Shown: in pieces, positions 8,375-16,265 of the stretch
Layout of the letters: the number at the start of each line of letters is the position of its first letter
How positions within the stretch are numbered: position 1 is the first letter of the stretch
NCBI GenBank assembly: GCA_964553245.1
Contig: CAZKJM010000001.1
Location: forward strand, 447,555 to 511,554
Direction: 5' to 3'
From: an uncultured Gammaproteobacteria bacterium
GTDB lineage: Bacteria; Patescibacteriota; Microgenomatia; Levybacterales; UBA12049
Length of the DNA: 64,000 nucleotides
Made by a program: the position numbers and the translations under genes
Notes under the pieces: generated by a model
Told to the model about the DNA's origin: nothing
Database searches by the model: none
What the model saw: only the letters and a program-made list of their open reading frames with translations

Positions 8375-9793
8375 TTAAGAAGTAAATTTAAGTCCCCGGC
8401 CTTTTACTGTTTGAAGATGCTTTGGATTATTTGGGTCATCTTCGATTTTTTTTCTGACCCGAAAAATAAGTTGATCCAAAGCCTGATCAGTTACTCCCGC
8501 TGTTGTTTGAGTATCCTTCCAAACAGCAGAAATTATTTCGTTTCTTTCTAAAATTTTTTCATGACTATCGATTAAAAATTTTAATAATCTAAATTCAAGA
8601 GTAGTGAGAGCATCGGATAAAACAATCTCACCTTTTTTAACTTGGTTTGTATTTTGATCGTAAATTATTTTATCCGAGGCGATTTTTATAAGCGCATTAT
8701 TTTTATCAAGAAACATTTCGAGTAGAGGAATTGAAATTTTCCCATTTTTTATTAAACCTATTTTTTCAAGTAGGTTAAGCTGTTCAAGATTAATCTTTTT
8801 AGCCATAGACTTTTGCTCAAACGGCGTTAAAAAACTCCAGATCTCAAAAAGACAGGCTTTAATTTGTTTTCTTTCTATTAAAAAATCAGCAATATTTTCT
8901 TTTGGAAAATCAGAGCTTGTTACAATTTCTGTAGCAAGTCTCGTAAGCTTACTGTGTCCTCCGGTAAGGCTAATTAATTTTTCAATTAATTCTTTTTTAA
9001 TTTTTTTACCCGAGACCTTTTCCAAATACGAAATTCTAAAATCCAGCCCGATTTTGTCTTTAATATTTAAATAGACAATTTTATCAGCAATAAATTCGTA
9101 AAACTGGTTTAATATTTCGGTAATTAAGGTTTCTTCAAGCGGTCTTGTCAGTGAAAATATTGAGGCAAAACGGTATTTAGCTTTATTTCTTAAAATTCTA
9201 AGATTTGCAAAAAACTCGCTTGAAATAACCGGGATGTACTCATCGAAACGATCAAATAAAAAAATAATCGACAATTTTTTTTCGATAGACAAGCAATCAA
9301 AAGCTTCTTTTAAACCCTGAAAAAGAACAAGTTCGTCGTTTAAGCTAAGATGTTCCTTAAAAATACGGTGAATTTCCCTATGTTCATTGATTAACTCTCT
9401 GTCTCTTAATGAATCGGCAAGAGACAAAAAAATATATTTATTTACGTCAAAAAGCGATCGGTTTTTAACCTCGGAAAAATTCATATAAACAAAATGAACA
9501 TTTTTTTGATTTTCTCCCAAATGCTTAACGCGGATTTTGTGATTATAGGCAAGCATCCTTAACAGATTTGATTTACCTGATCCAGGAAGACCAATTAATT
9601 GGCAGGAATTTCCCTCTTTTAGAAAATCTAAAATTTTCTGTATTTCTTCAAAACGGGAATCCTCAGGATAAAGGGATTCAAAATGAGTAAAACCATTATT
9701 GTTTGATTGTTTCATTGCAACACTATGGTAATTGTAAGTTTTTTGTAAGGAAAATATCAAGTTTAATAAGTTCTTAAGGATTAAAATCGCCAT
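8375..9793 (-). CDS. Transcriptional regulator with an N-terminal P-loop NTPase (AAA/STAND-like) fused to a C-terminal OmpR/PhoB-type winged helix
   Basis: Walker A is LIGLPGSGKSNLLRML. The C-terminus matches the trans_reg_C pattern (LTTLEFRLLKFLIDSHEKILERNEIISAVW…ALDQLIFRVRKKI…LQTVKGRGLKF). The annotated start at 9793 lies 4 bp from the divergent ORF start at 9797, so the internal Met at 9715 is a possible alternative start. Confidence 0.65.
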   Translation of the reverse strand: MAILILKNLLNLIFSLQKTYNYHSVAMKQSNNNGFTHFESLYPEDSRFEEIQKILDFLKEGNSCQLIGLPGSGKSNLLRMLAYNHKIRVKHLGENQKNVHFVYMNFSEVKNRSLFDVNKYIFLSLADSLRDRELINEHREIHRIFKEHLSLNDELVLFQGLKEAFDCLSIEKKLSIIFLFDRFDEYIPVISSEFFANLRILRNKAKYRFASIFSLTRPLEETLITEILNQFYEFIADKIVYLNIKDKIGLDFRISYLEKVSGKKIKKELIEKLISLTGGHSKLTRLATEIVTSSDFPKENIADFLIERKQIKACLFEIWSFLTPFEQKSMAKKINLEQLNLLEKIGLIKNGKISIPLLEMFLDKNNALIKIASDKIIYDQNTNQVKKGEIVLSDALTTLEFRLLKFLIDSHEKILERNEIISAVWKDTQTTAGVTDQALDQLIFRVRKKIEDDPNNPKHLQTVKGRGLKFTS

Positions 9794-9796
9794 AAT

Positions 9797-12499
9797 ATGA
9801 CAAAAGAATTTGAATTCCAGAAATTGACAAGCGAAGTTAATTTTTCTACACTCAAAGGTAGAAAGGTTATTTTTATGGAGAACTCAGAAACACCAAGGCC
9901 ACCTGAAGATAAGGGAATGGGTAAGAATGTGTTAGGCGGAGAAAATCCTGCTTCTTCAGAAGCTTCTGGAGTTAACGAAACAAGTGAACAAAGAGGAGAA
10001 GAGCTTCAAAGAAATCTTGCAAGGCTTGGTATAGGAAGCGAAGAGTTTGGAGATATTTCAGAAGAAGAGAGGTTGATGGCTCAAAGAGCACAACAAGAGT
10101 TTATAAGACAAGCAAGGGAGGGTCTTAGAGACAACATTTCCCCGCAGGAAAAACTAAAAAAAGAAGAAGAAAAAATCCTTAGCTTAGGATCAAGAGAAGA
10201 TCTTGATAAATTTTTAGTTTCAAAAGACAAGAATCTTTTGTTTTATCTTCTAGACGCAAAAAGATTAATAGAGAAAGGCGATTTTGCAATAGAAGACGAA
10301 AGAGCAAAGGAAAACTTTTTAAACGAATTAAATGAACTCATTGCGATGTCAAAAGGGGACAAATCAATAGTGGACGTCGATGATTATAAAAGAAGGGTTT
10401 CTGAAATTATTCATGGCAAAACTGATGCGGCTGGTAAAGAAAGCCTCGGCTTAATAGATTTATGTAAAAAACGCGAGCCCAGAGAAATGCACGGCGAAAT
10501 GCCTAAATGCCTTGAAGATCTTGCCGAATTAATCATGAGCTCGGAGGAAGATAAGTGGAGAAAAGACGGAGAAAGAGCGCTTATTAACGAAGAGGGAAGT
10601 GTAAATACGGAAAATTTATTAGCTTGGTTCAGGGACAGAATTATGTGGTTTCATGATTTTAATCCTGATTCGGAGATAAATTTGTTTAATCAAATCTCCG
10701 TGCCAACGCTGTACAGAACCTACTCATTTTCGGAAATGCTTGATAACAAAAGATATTTCTTAAAAAGAACAAAAAGGTTAGGAGAAGGAGAGTACGAACA
10801 TCATAGAAGCGAAGAATATGAAAAATTAAAAGACCATTTGCTTTACGAAGTTTGGTTGTTTAACACCTCGCATAATTATGACGTAAAATACCGCACTGTT
10901 ATGGGAATTGAATCTAAGGTTCCGGAGGTTTTAACAGAAATGTATTACACTAACGTTTTTACTAAGGATAGGAATAGACTTCTCAAGATTTTAAAGCTTC
11001 CTAAAATTGATCAGATAGAAGTAGGAAAGATTGTTAAGTCTAAAAATGGCGAGCAAGAAGGACAGGGAACAGTTGGAAGAGTCGTCAGAAGAGCTCTTCT
11101 TGCCTATTATTATCTTCCGGAGTTGGTTGCAGAAGATGATCAATTAGTAAATGGTGGGAATATGTTTGAAAAGTCACTCGGAGAAAATGGCTCGCTTGAA
11201 TTTTACGCTTCCCTTGTAAAACAGCTTGGTGGAGAAGTCCTAGACACAGGATCAATGGGTTTTAGAGACGCCAGAAATATTTTAAGAGAAAGAATAGCTG
11301 ATTTACTAGATAAAAAATATGGTCATAAATTTACCCAGCTAAATATTTTTGATGACGTAAATAAAGATAGAACGGTACTGCGTCTTATAAGAACTGCCTT
11401 AAGGGATGCGATTGCAAAGGTGGAAGGATTAGCAGATAAAAAAGGAAATCCGGACGAAAACGTTATCTATGGAGAGAACTGGGCAAATACAATGATTTAC
11501 TGGACAGGAATTTCTGCAAAAAACGATACTAATGCAATTGGTTTTGACGCGTGGACAAAAATAATGAGCGCAAAAGATTATAGAGTAAGACAAGCAGGAG
11601 CAAGAGGAATTTTTGGAGAAATGTACAATATTTATGGTTTAACAAGAATCGGATTAAATTTTTGGGAAGGAATTAAAGTAAGAAGAGAAGGAGACAGGGG
11701 TTTTAACTGCAATGTTTTGGAGGTTTTACAGGGTGGTCAAGGAAACGATATTAATCTTGATCGCGGAATAAGCGATTTTGATTTTCAGGATAATGCTCAA
11801 AGACAATTTGCGGCAAATCATATAAGAAATGCTTTTAGTTTTTTTGAATTTGTAATGAAAAAACACGGAATGAATTTTGACCAATTTTTATCTGTTGACG
11901 TATTCGGGAGAATAATTTTTGATCCAGGGAAAGCAGACGAAGTGTTTGATAAATTATGGAGCAAAGGACTTCGTTATACTTTTGATTTGCCGGATTTTTT
12001 TTGGGATCATGAGGTACGTGGTTGGTGGAGAGATAAAGATAAGGATGGTGAGGAGTGCGTATATTTTGGCTCAAAAAAACTAAGGGATTTAATGTTTAAC
12101 GAAGAACTAAATAATATGGGAATGTACGACAGAGAAAGATTTAAAGATCAAAAGAGTAAATTAGCAGCTCGCAATGTTTTTGCATACCTTATTGCTAAAG
12201 AATTATATGCGCATAGAGCATTTGATTCCAGATATAAAAGATACAGCGCAGAACAAATAATGGTAATAGAATCATATTTAAGAGGATACCCATTAGAAAT
12301 TGAAGAAACAGAAGGACACGAGGTTAAAATAAAAGATTACTTTTTCTCAAAAGAGGAATGGGAGCATGTTACAAAAATTTCTCATACACAATATAGTAAG
12401 ATGTTTATGGAAAATCTTGCGTTAACTGGAACCCAAGGAGCAATAGGCGGAGCCTTTTCAGGCATAAAACATTTTATTAAGGAACTAGTAAAATTCTAA
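9797..12499 (+). CDS. Hypothetical 900-aa soluble protein with no recognisable domain, embedded in the T4SS-like locus
   Basis: Long uninterrupted ORF with good coding character, no TM segments, an acidic/charged N-terminal ~250 aa and a Trp/Phe/Tyr-rich core. It is divergent from the regulator gene and convergent with the VirB6-like gene, overlapping it by 4 nt. The start may be a downstream Met (M26 or M41). Confidence 0.6.
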   Translation: MTKEFEFQKLTSEVNFSTLKGRKVIFMENSETPRPPEDKGMGKNVLGGENPASSEASGVNETSEQRGEELQRNLARLGIGSEEFGDISEEERLMAQRAQQEFIRQAREGLRDNISPQEKLKKEEEKILSLGSREDLDKFLVSKDKNLLFYLLDAKRLIEKGDFAIEDERAKENFLNELNELIAMSKGDKSIVDVDDYKRRVSEIIHGKTDAAGKESLGLIDLCKKREPREMHGEMPKCLEDLAELIMSSEEDKWRKDGERALINEEGSVNTENLLAWFRDRIMWFHDFNPDSEINLFNQISVPTLYRTYSFSEMLDNKRYFLKRTKRLGEGEYEHHRSEEYEKLKDHLLYEVWLFNTSHNYDVKYRTVMGIESKVPEVLTEMYYTNVFTKDRNRLLKILKLPKIDQIEVGKIVKSKNGEQEGQGTVGRVVRRALLAYYYLPELVAEDDQLVNGGNMFEKSLGENGSLEFYASLVKQLGGEVLDTGSMGFRDARNILRERIADLLDKKYGHKFTQLNIFDDVNKDRTVLRLIRTALRDAIAKVEGLADKKGNPDENVIYGENWANTMIYWTGISAKNDTNAIGFDAWTKIMSAKDYRVRQAGARGIFGEMYNIYGLTRIGLNFWEGIKVRREGDRGFNCNVLEVLQGGQGNDINLDRGISDFDFQDNAQRQFAANHIRNAFSFFEFVMKKHGMNFDQFLSVDVFGRIIFDPGKADEVFDKLWSKGLRYTFDLPDFFWDHEVRGWWRDKDKDGEECVYFGSKKLRDLMFNEELNNMGMYDRERFKDQKSKLAARNVFAYLIAKELYAHRAFDSRYKRYSAEQIMVIESYLRGYPLEIEETEGHEVKIKDYFFSKEEWEHVTKISHTQYSKMFMENLALTGTQGAIGGAFSGIKHFIKELVKF

Positions 12500-14196
12500 G
12501 ATTGTTTCCCCCAAGCCTTTTCTCCCCCAAGCCATTGTTTAGTGCCATCGGCCAATCGTTGTGCGATCTTAGAATTTTTATGGTTATCGGCATATTTTTG
12601 CGTAAGTCTAATAGGTAAGCTCCTAATAGGACCCGCTCCTCTAGTATAATCAGCAGGTCTTGTCAGTTGTTTCCAGCCGTAACCAGTTGGTTTTCCCAGC
12701 GTTGATGTTCCAACATGGAAGGCTTGACCGATTGGAGCCATCTCAAACTTTGGAGCCTTAAGCATTTTCTCTACCATAGTTGCAACATTCGGAGTTAATA
12801 AAATTATCCCCAGTCCTACAACTGCAGCTAATTGATCTGCATTTCCAACGTTACCTACCAACGGTGGGGTAAAAAAAGTATTTGCGCCGGTTGATTGAAT
12901 TGCATCTATAAAAACTTTTCCGAGCAAAAGCATGGCTACTACAGTAGGAAAAACAATTAACTTAGAGCCTATGCTTCTTAACCAGGAACCAAAACCGCGT
13001 TCGCTTCCCATAAACGGAATTATTCCTATAACAATAAATAAAGGGGACAGTACTATGTCTATGAGTATCCCAACATAAGTGAGCAAAAGCTTAAACCATA
13101 ACCTAAACATAGCAAAAGTTATAGCAACGGCAATAATTAAGAATGCAATTAGTTGACCAAGTCCTGCTAAAACCTTTTCTGCAAATCCAGCAGCAGTTAC
13201 AGCCCCTGCAATTCCACCGATAATACTACCGATAATTGGTATAGCAGATCCAGCAGCTACTCCTGCAGCAACAGACCCAGCCATCATAAGCATACCAAGT
13301 ATTCCTTGAAGTATTTTACCTGGACCAGTTTCGAGCATTGATTGTATAAATGTTCCTATGGCACCCGCAGCTTGCCATGACATACTAACGAAGTTTACAT
13401 TTTTATCGAAATAAATTGGAGCTTGATAATTTACTTGGTTTGCTATTTCAAGTTTAATTTGGGGATCAGCATTTGCAAACAAGTTTATTATTAAATATGT
13501 CGCAACCCACATTAAGTCTATTAGGAATCCGGCAATTGCAAACGAAAAAGTTACTAAAATGATTCCGATAATCATTTTAGGAATTTGATTTTGAATAGTC
13601 ATTACGGTACGCGGATCAATTTTTACACGTAACATTATTGCAAGTCCAACAAGAATAAAAACAAGCACAAAAACTATATAAATCATATTTCTAAAAGCAG
13701 CCCACGCGTTCATTAGTGGATTTAATTGTTGAAAACCGGTTGTTTGTGCAAGCGCTGGTTTTGCAATCCCAAAATTCTGAGCTAGATAATTTACATATTC
13801 AAAACTATGCGCAGGAATATTAAAAGTCATTGTAATCAAATTGTTTAAAACACCGATTACTCCTCCTCCGCCAATTTGTCCGGGTTCTGCAGCGGGTACG
13901 AATCCGATTTTTCCGGTTTTTGGATCTACGCCCAAGCATTGATGATTTTGACTGATTGGGTCATATCCGGTTAACTGACAAGCAACAGTTGCCATTAATT
14001 CTATAAACACATTTTGAGTATAGGTGTGCAGGTTTTGGGGAACATCGGGATTATTTACGGGAGCGGTGTAGCTATTCTGAGCAAAGGAAGATTTACTTAA
14101 GTTAAATAAGAAAATCAGTACAAGAAAAAAAACGGTTATTAACCGGGCAGCGAATCTCATTAATATTAGTTTGAAGTATTTTAATTGGTGTGTCAA
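12496..14196 (-). CDS. Polytopic membrane protein, VirB6/TrbL-like T4SS inner-membrane component
   Basis: A signal-like N-terminus (MRFAARLITVFFLVLIFLFNLSKSSFA, alternative start 14160) precedes a ~130-aa extracytoplasmic region. This is followed by at least six hydrophobic helices with Gly/Ala-rich stretches, as in TrbL/VirB6. Genomic context is the VirB4/pilin locus. Confidence 0.5.
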   Translation of the reverse strand: MTHQLKYFKLILMRFAARLITVFFLVLIFLFNLSKSSFAQNSYTAPVNNPDVPQNLHTYTQNVFIELMATVACQLTGYDPISQNHQCLGVDPKTGKIGFVPAAEPGQIGGGGVIGVLNNLITMTFNIPAHSFEYVNYLAQNFGIAKPALAQTTGFQQLNPLMNAWAAFRNMIYIVFVLVFILVGLAIMLRVKIDPRTVMTIQNQIPKMIIGIILVTFSFAIAGFLIDLMWVATYLIINLFANADPQIKLEIANQVNYQAPIYFDKNVNFVSMSWQAAGAIGTFIQSMLETGPGKILQGILGMLMMAGSVAAGVAAGSAIPIIGSIIGGIAGAVTAAGFAEKVLAGLGQLIAFLIIAVAITFAMFRLWFKLLLTYVGILIDIVLSPLFIVIGIIPFMGSERGFGSWLRSIGSKLIVFPTVVAMLLLGKVFIDAIQSTGANTFFTPPLVGNVGNADQLAAVVGLGIILLTPNVATMVEKMLKAPKFEMAPIGQAFHVGTSTLGKPTGYGWKQLTRPADYTRGAGPIRSLPIRLTQKYADNHKNSKIAQRLADGTKQWLGGEKAWGKQS

Positions 14197-14228
14197 GATT
14201 TATGCTTCTTTGGTATAATCTTGTAACT

Positions 14229-14315
14229 GGAGGGATCGCATAGAGGCCTAGTGCGTTCGCTTGGAGAGCGGATGTCGTCGTGAGATGACCGGGAGTTCGA
14301 ATCTCCCTCCCTCCG
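14229..14315 (+). tRNA. tRNA-Ser(GGA), type II with long variable arm
   Basis: Acceptor GGAGGGA/TCCCTCC, 3-bp D-stem, anticodon stem TTCGC/GCGGA with loop TTGGAGA, an 18-nt variable arm and T-arm GGGAG-TTCGAAT-CTCCC. The track ORF at 14102-14374 is an artefact over it. Confidence 0.8.
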
Positions 14316-14390
14316 CCTTCACCCGCCGAAGCCAGAATGGCGAAGGCGGGCTTCGATCGGGTTTCAGCGGACACAGTCCGCCATAATGAG

Positions 14391-14819
14391 TTATGAGTTA
14401 TGAGTTATGAGTTGTTTTGCTTCCTCCCAAACCTTTTTATCTGATTTGTAAGTTAATTTTTTTTCCACTTTTTCCACAGAAAGCCATTCAACGCTTTCCA
14501 TTTCTTTATCTTTTAAGCTTAAATCCTCAGTTAAATATTCCATTAAAAAATAATAAACGGTTTTCTTGATTTTTTGTTTTTCAAAAACATACCAATACTC
14601 AACCGGATTTAATGATTTTAGAATTTTGGCGTTAATACCTGTTTCTTCCAAAACTTCTCTTATTGCTGTGTCTTCTTTTTTTTCTTTTTCAATCTTATCT
14701 CCGATTAATCCCTTTGGAAAAACCCAGCCGTGATGTTGTGAATGCTGGCACACTAGAATTAAAAGTTTATTTTTTTCTTTTTTAAAGACTATGCCACCGG
14801 CAGAAAATTCAAATTTCAT
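14391..14819 (-). CDS. NUDIX hydrolase
   Basis: Nudix box GX5EX7REVLEETGI present (…KGLIGDKIEKEKKEDTAIREVLEETGINAKI). Overlaps the upstream GIY-YIG gene by 4 nt (ATGA). Confidence 0.7.
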   Translation of the reverse strand: MKFEFSAGGIVFKKEKNKLLILVCQHSQHHGWVFPKGLIGDKIEKEKKEDTAIREVLEETGINAKILKSLNPVEYWYVFEKQKIKKTVYYFLMEYLTEDLSLKDKEMESVEWLSVEKVEKKLTYKSDKKVWEEAKQLITHNS

Positions 14820-15058
14820 AATGGAAATAAATGTTTTTTTAAGAAAGCCCTTCCAGAACCAGATTTAAGGTATTTCTCAAAATTAAAAGCGGTATATTTA
14901 TCTATGAACGCAAAATAAGAGATCAGTCTTATTGGACGTAGTAATTTAGTTGCAGGTACATGTCCTTTTTTATGCCTTTCTATTCTTTCTTCCAAATTGC
15001 TTGTACAACCCGTATATGGTTTGCCGTTTTTACATTTTAAAAAATATACAAAAAACAT
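14816..15058 (-). CDS. Small stand-alone GIY-YIG domain protein (~80 aa)
   Basis: The GIY-YIG-like motif is MFFVYFLKCKNGKPYTGCTSNLEERIERHKKG. The track ORF (14816-15259) is over-extended across two tRNA genes. The real start is probably the Met at 15058, with AAGGAG 9 nt upstream. Confidence 0.6.
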   Translation of the reverse strand: MFFVYFLKCKNGKPYTGCTSNLEERIERHKKGHVPATKLLRPIRLISYFAFIDKYTAFNFEKYLKSGSGRAFLKKHLFPL

Positions 15059-15122
15059 ACTAATTTCTCCTTCGCGAACTACTAAGCGGATGTTATCCGC
15101 CGTAGCTCGCTTCGGCGAGCGA

Positions 15123-15212
15123 TGGCGGAGGAGAGAGGATTCGAACCTCTGTGAGCCGTAAAGCCCGCTCGGTTTTCGAGACCGGCCAAATAAACCACTC
15201 TTGCACTCCTCC
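15123..15212 (-). tRNA. tRNA-Ser(CGA), type II
   Basis: Reverse complement gives acceptor GGAGGAG/CTCCTCC, 3-bp D-stem CAA/TTG, anticodon loop CTCGAAA (one C·A mismatch at the stem top), a long variable arm, T-arm AGAGG-TTCGAAT-CCTCT and an encoded CCA. Confidence 0.65.
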
Positions 15213-15217
15213 ATAAG

Positions 15218-15290
15218 CGCTCTTGGGGAGAATCGAACTCCCAGCCTAAGCGTCCGCAACGCTTCGCTCTATCCGTTGAGCTACAAGAGC
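15218..15290 (-). tRNA. tRNA-Arg(GCG)
   Basis: Reverse complement GCTCTTG-TA-GCTC-AACGGATA-GAGC-G-AAGCG-TTGCGGA-CGCTT-AGGCT-GGGAG-TTCGATT-CTCCC-CAAGAGC-G. Every stem pairs perfectly and the anticodon is GCG. Confidence 0.75.
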
Positions 15291-15297
15291 CCGTTAC

Positions 15298-15346
15298 CGC
15301 TTCGCTCTATCCGTTGACCCCGATTAAATCGGGGTTGAACTACAGG
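15298..15346 (-). repeat. Truncated 5' copy of tRNA-Arg (5' acceptor strand, D-arm and 5' anticodon stem) interrupted by a 17-nt hairpin, upstream of the intact tRNA-Arg
   Basis: The 19-nt stretch gcttcgctctatccgttga occurs at 15261-15279 and again at 15299-15317. The second copy is followed by ccccgattaaatcgggg flanked by a ttga duplication, then actacagg, which is the D-stem region. It ends exactly at the anticodon stem/loop boundary. Confidence 0.55.
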
Positions 15347-15361
15347 CACAGATTAGCAAGT

Positions 15362-15375
15362 AGTATATAGCAAAT
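15362..15375 (-). promoter_or_regulatory. Putative extended -10 promoter (TGCTATATACT on the - strand) for the tRNA-Arg / tRNA-Ser(CGA) transcript
   Basis: The 14-mer agtatatagcaaat also occurs at 16266-16279, upstream of the other minus-strand tRNA pair. It resembles the TGCTATACT element upstream of three other genes. Confidence 0.4.
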
Positions 15376-15424
15376 AATAAATAGCTACACTGTGATTTTA
15401 CTTTAAAGTTGAATTTGAAGCAAA

Positions 15425-15997
15425 TTAATGGGAATTTTCCAAGGGAAAATTTTTAGAAAGCCAGTCGCCTGATTTTTCCATAAAAGTCGGCTTTATATAT
15501 TCCCTAAACGGGAGATAAGGCAAAAGTACTCTTTTTATGTGTTCTCTGTCAATGTTTCTTAATGTTAAGGTTAATTCCCCGGGGATAAATGCTTTTGTTC
15601 GTATGTGCAATACGTCTACGCCGTTTATCTTTTTAAAATAAAAATCATATAATTCTTGCCATAGGAAAAAATGATCCTCAACTTTTATTCCCTCAGTGCT
15701 TATTCTATAATGGAAATCCTGGGGGGGAACACTTGATAGCGCAAAGCTTACAAAGACCAAAGACAAAATTACCAGCATTAGTAAATATTGAGAAAAAAGA
15801 AAAAGAATAATCTCTACAAAAAACATAATCAAAAGCGCAGTTAAATAATATTGTTTTGTTCTTTTTTTAAATGGTCTGCCGGGAGAACTCCATGATAAAA
15901 GAGTTTTTACTTCCGTGGGGGGATAATTAAAGCTTGAATAAGGATGTTGTTCTTTAATTTCATTTGATTTAGGATTTTCCTTTATTTGTTTTTCCAT
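15425..15997 (-). CDS. Hypothetical membrane protein (190 aa, two TM helices)
   Basis: ORF of good length between tRNA genes with central hydrophobic helices (LTALLIMFFVEIILFLFSQYLLMLVILSLVFVSFAL). Confidence 0.45.
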   Translation of the reverse strand: MEKQIKENPKSNEIKEQHPYSSFNYPPTEVKTLLSWSSPGRPFKKRTKQYYLTALLIMFFVEIILFLFSQYLLMLVILSLVFVSFALSSVPPQDFHYRISTEGIKVEDHFFLWQELYDFYFKKINGVDVLHIRTKAFIPGELTLTLRNIDREHIKRVLLPYLPFREYIKPTFMEKSGDWLSKNFPLENSH

Positions 15998-16062
15998 AGA
16001 GCAGTATATTTTTAATCTACCCTAATCAGAAGTATTAGTCAATAAATATTGATTTTCAATTT

Positions 16063-16152
16063 TGGCGGAGAGGGTGGGATTCGAACCCACGTTCACCAAT
16101 TGGCGAAAGCGGTTTTCAAGACCGCCGCACTAGGCCTCTATGCGACCTCTCC
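16063..16152 (-). tRNA. tRNA-Ser(TGA), type II
   Basis: Reverse complement gives GGAGAGG…, D-stem GCA/TGC, anticodon stem GCGGT/ACCGC with loop CTTGAAA, a long variable arm, T-arm and an encoded CCA. Confidence 0.8.
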
Positions 16153-16157
16153 TAGGG

Positions 16158-16247
16158 CGGAGGAGGTGAGATTCGAACTCACGCGAGCTTATTCAGCTCA
16201 GGGGGTTAGCAACCCCCCGCAATGGACCGTGCTATGCGACTCCTCCT
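16158..16247 (-). tRNA. tRNA-Ser(GCT), type II
   Basis: Reverse complement gives GGAGGAG-TC-GCA…, anticodon stem GGGGG/CCCCC with loop TTGCTAA, a long variable arm and T-arm GTGAG-TTCGAAT-CTCAC. The track ORF 16049-16267 is an artefact over the two tRNAs. Confidence 0.8.
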
Positions 16248-16265
16248 TTTTAGCAATTAGCCAAT

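Noticed and set aside
14102-14374. 90-aa track ORF on the - strand
   Set aside because: It lies directly over tRNA-Ser(GGA) and the flanking GC-rich hairpin, has no RBS and has poor coding composition.
14816-15259. Full 147-aa extent of the track ORF for the GIY-YIG gene
   Set aside because: The N-terminal 67 codons run through tRNA-Ser(CGA) and tRNA-Arg. The GIY-YIG domain begins at the internal Met (15058), which has a good AAGGAG RBS.
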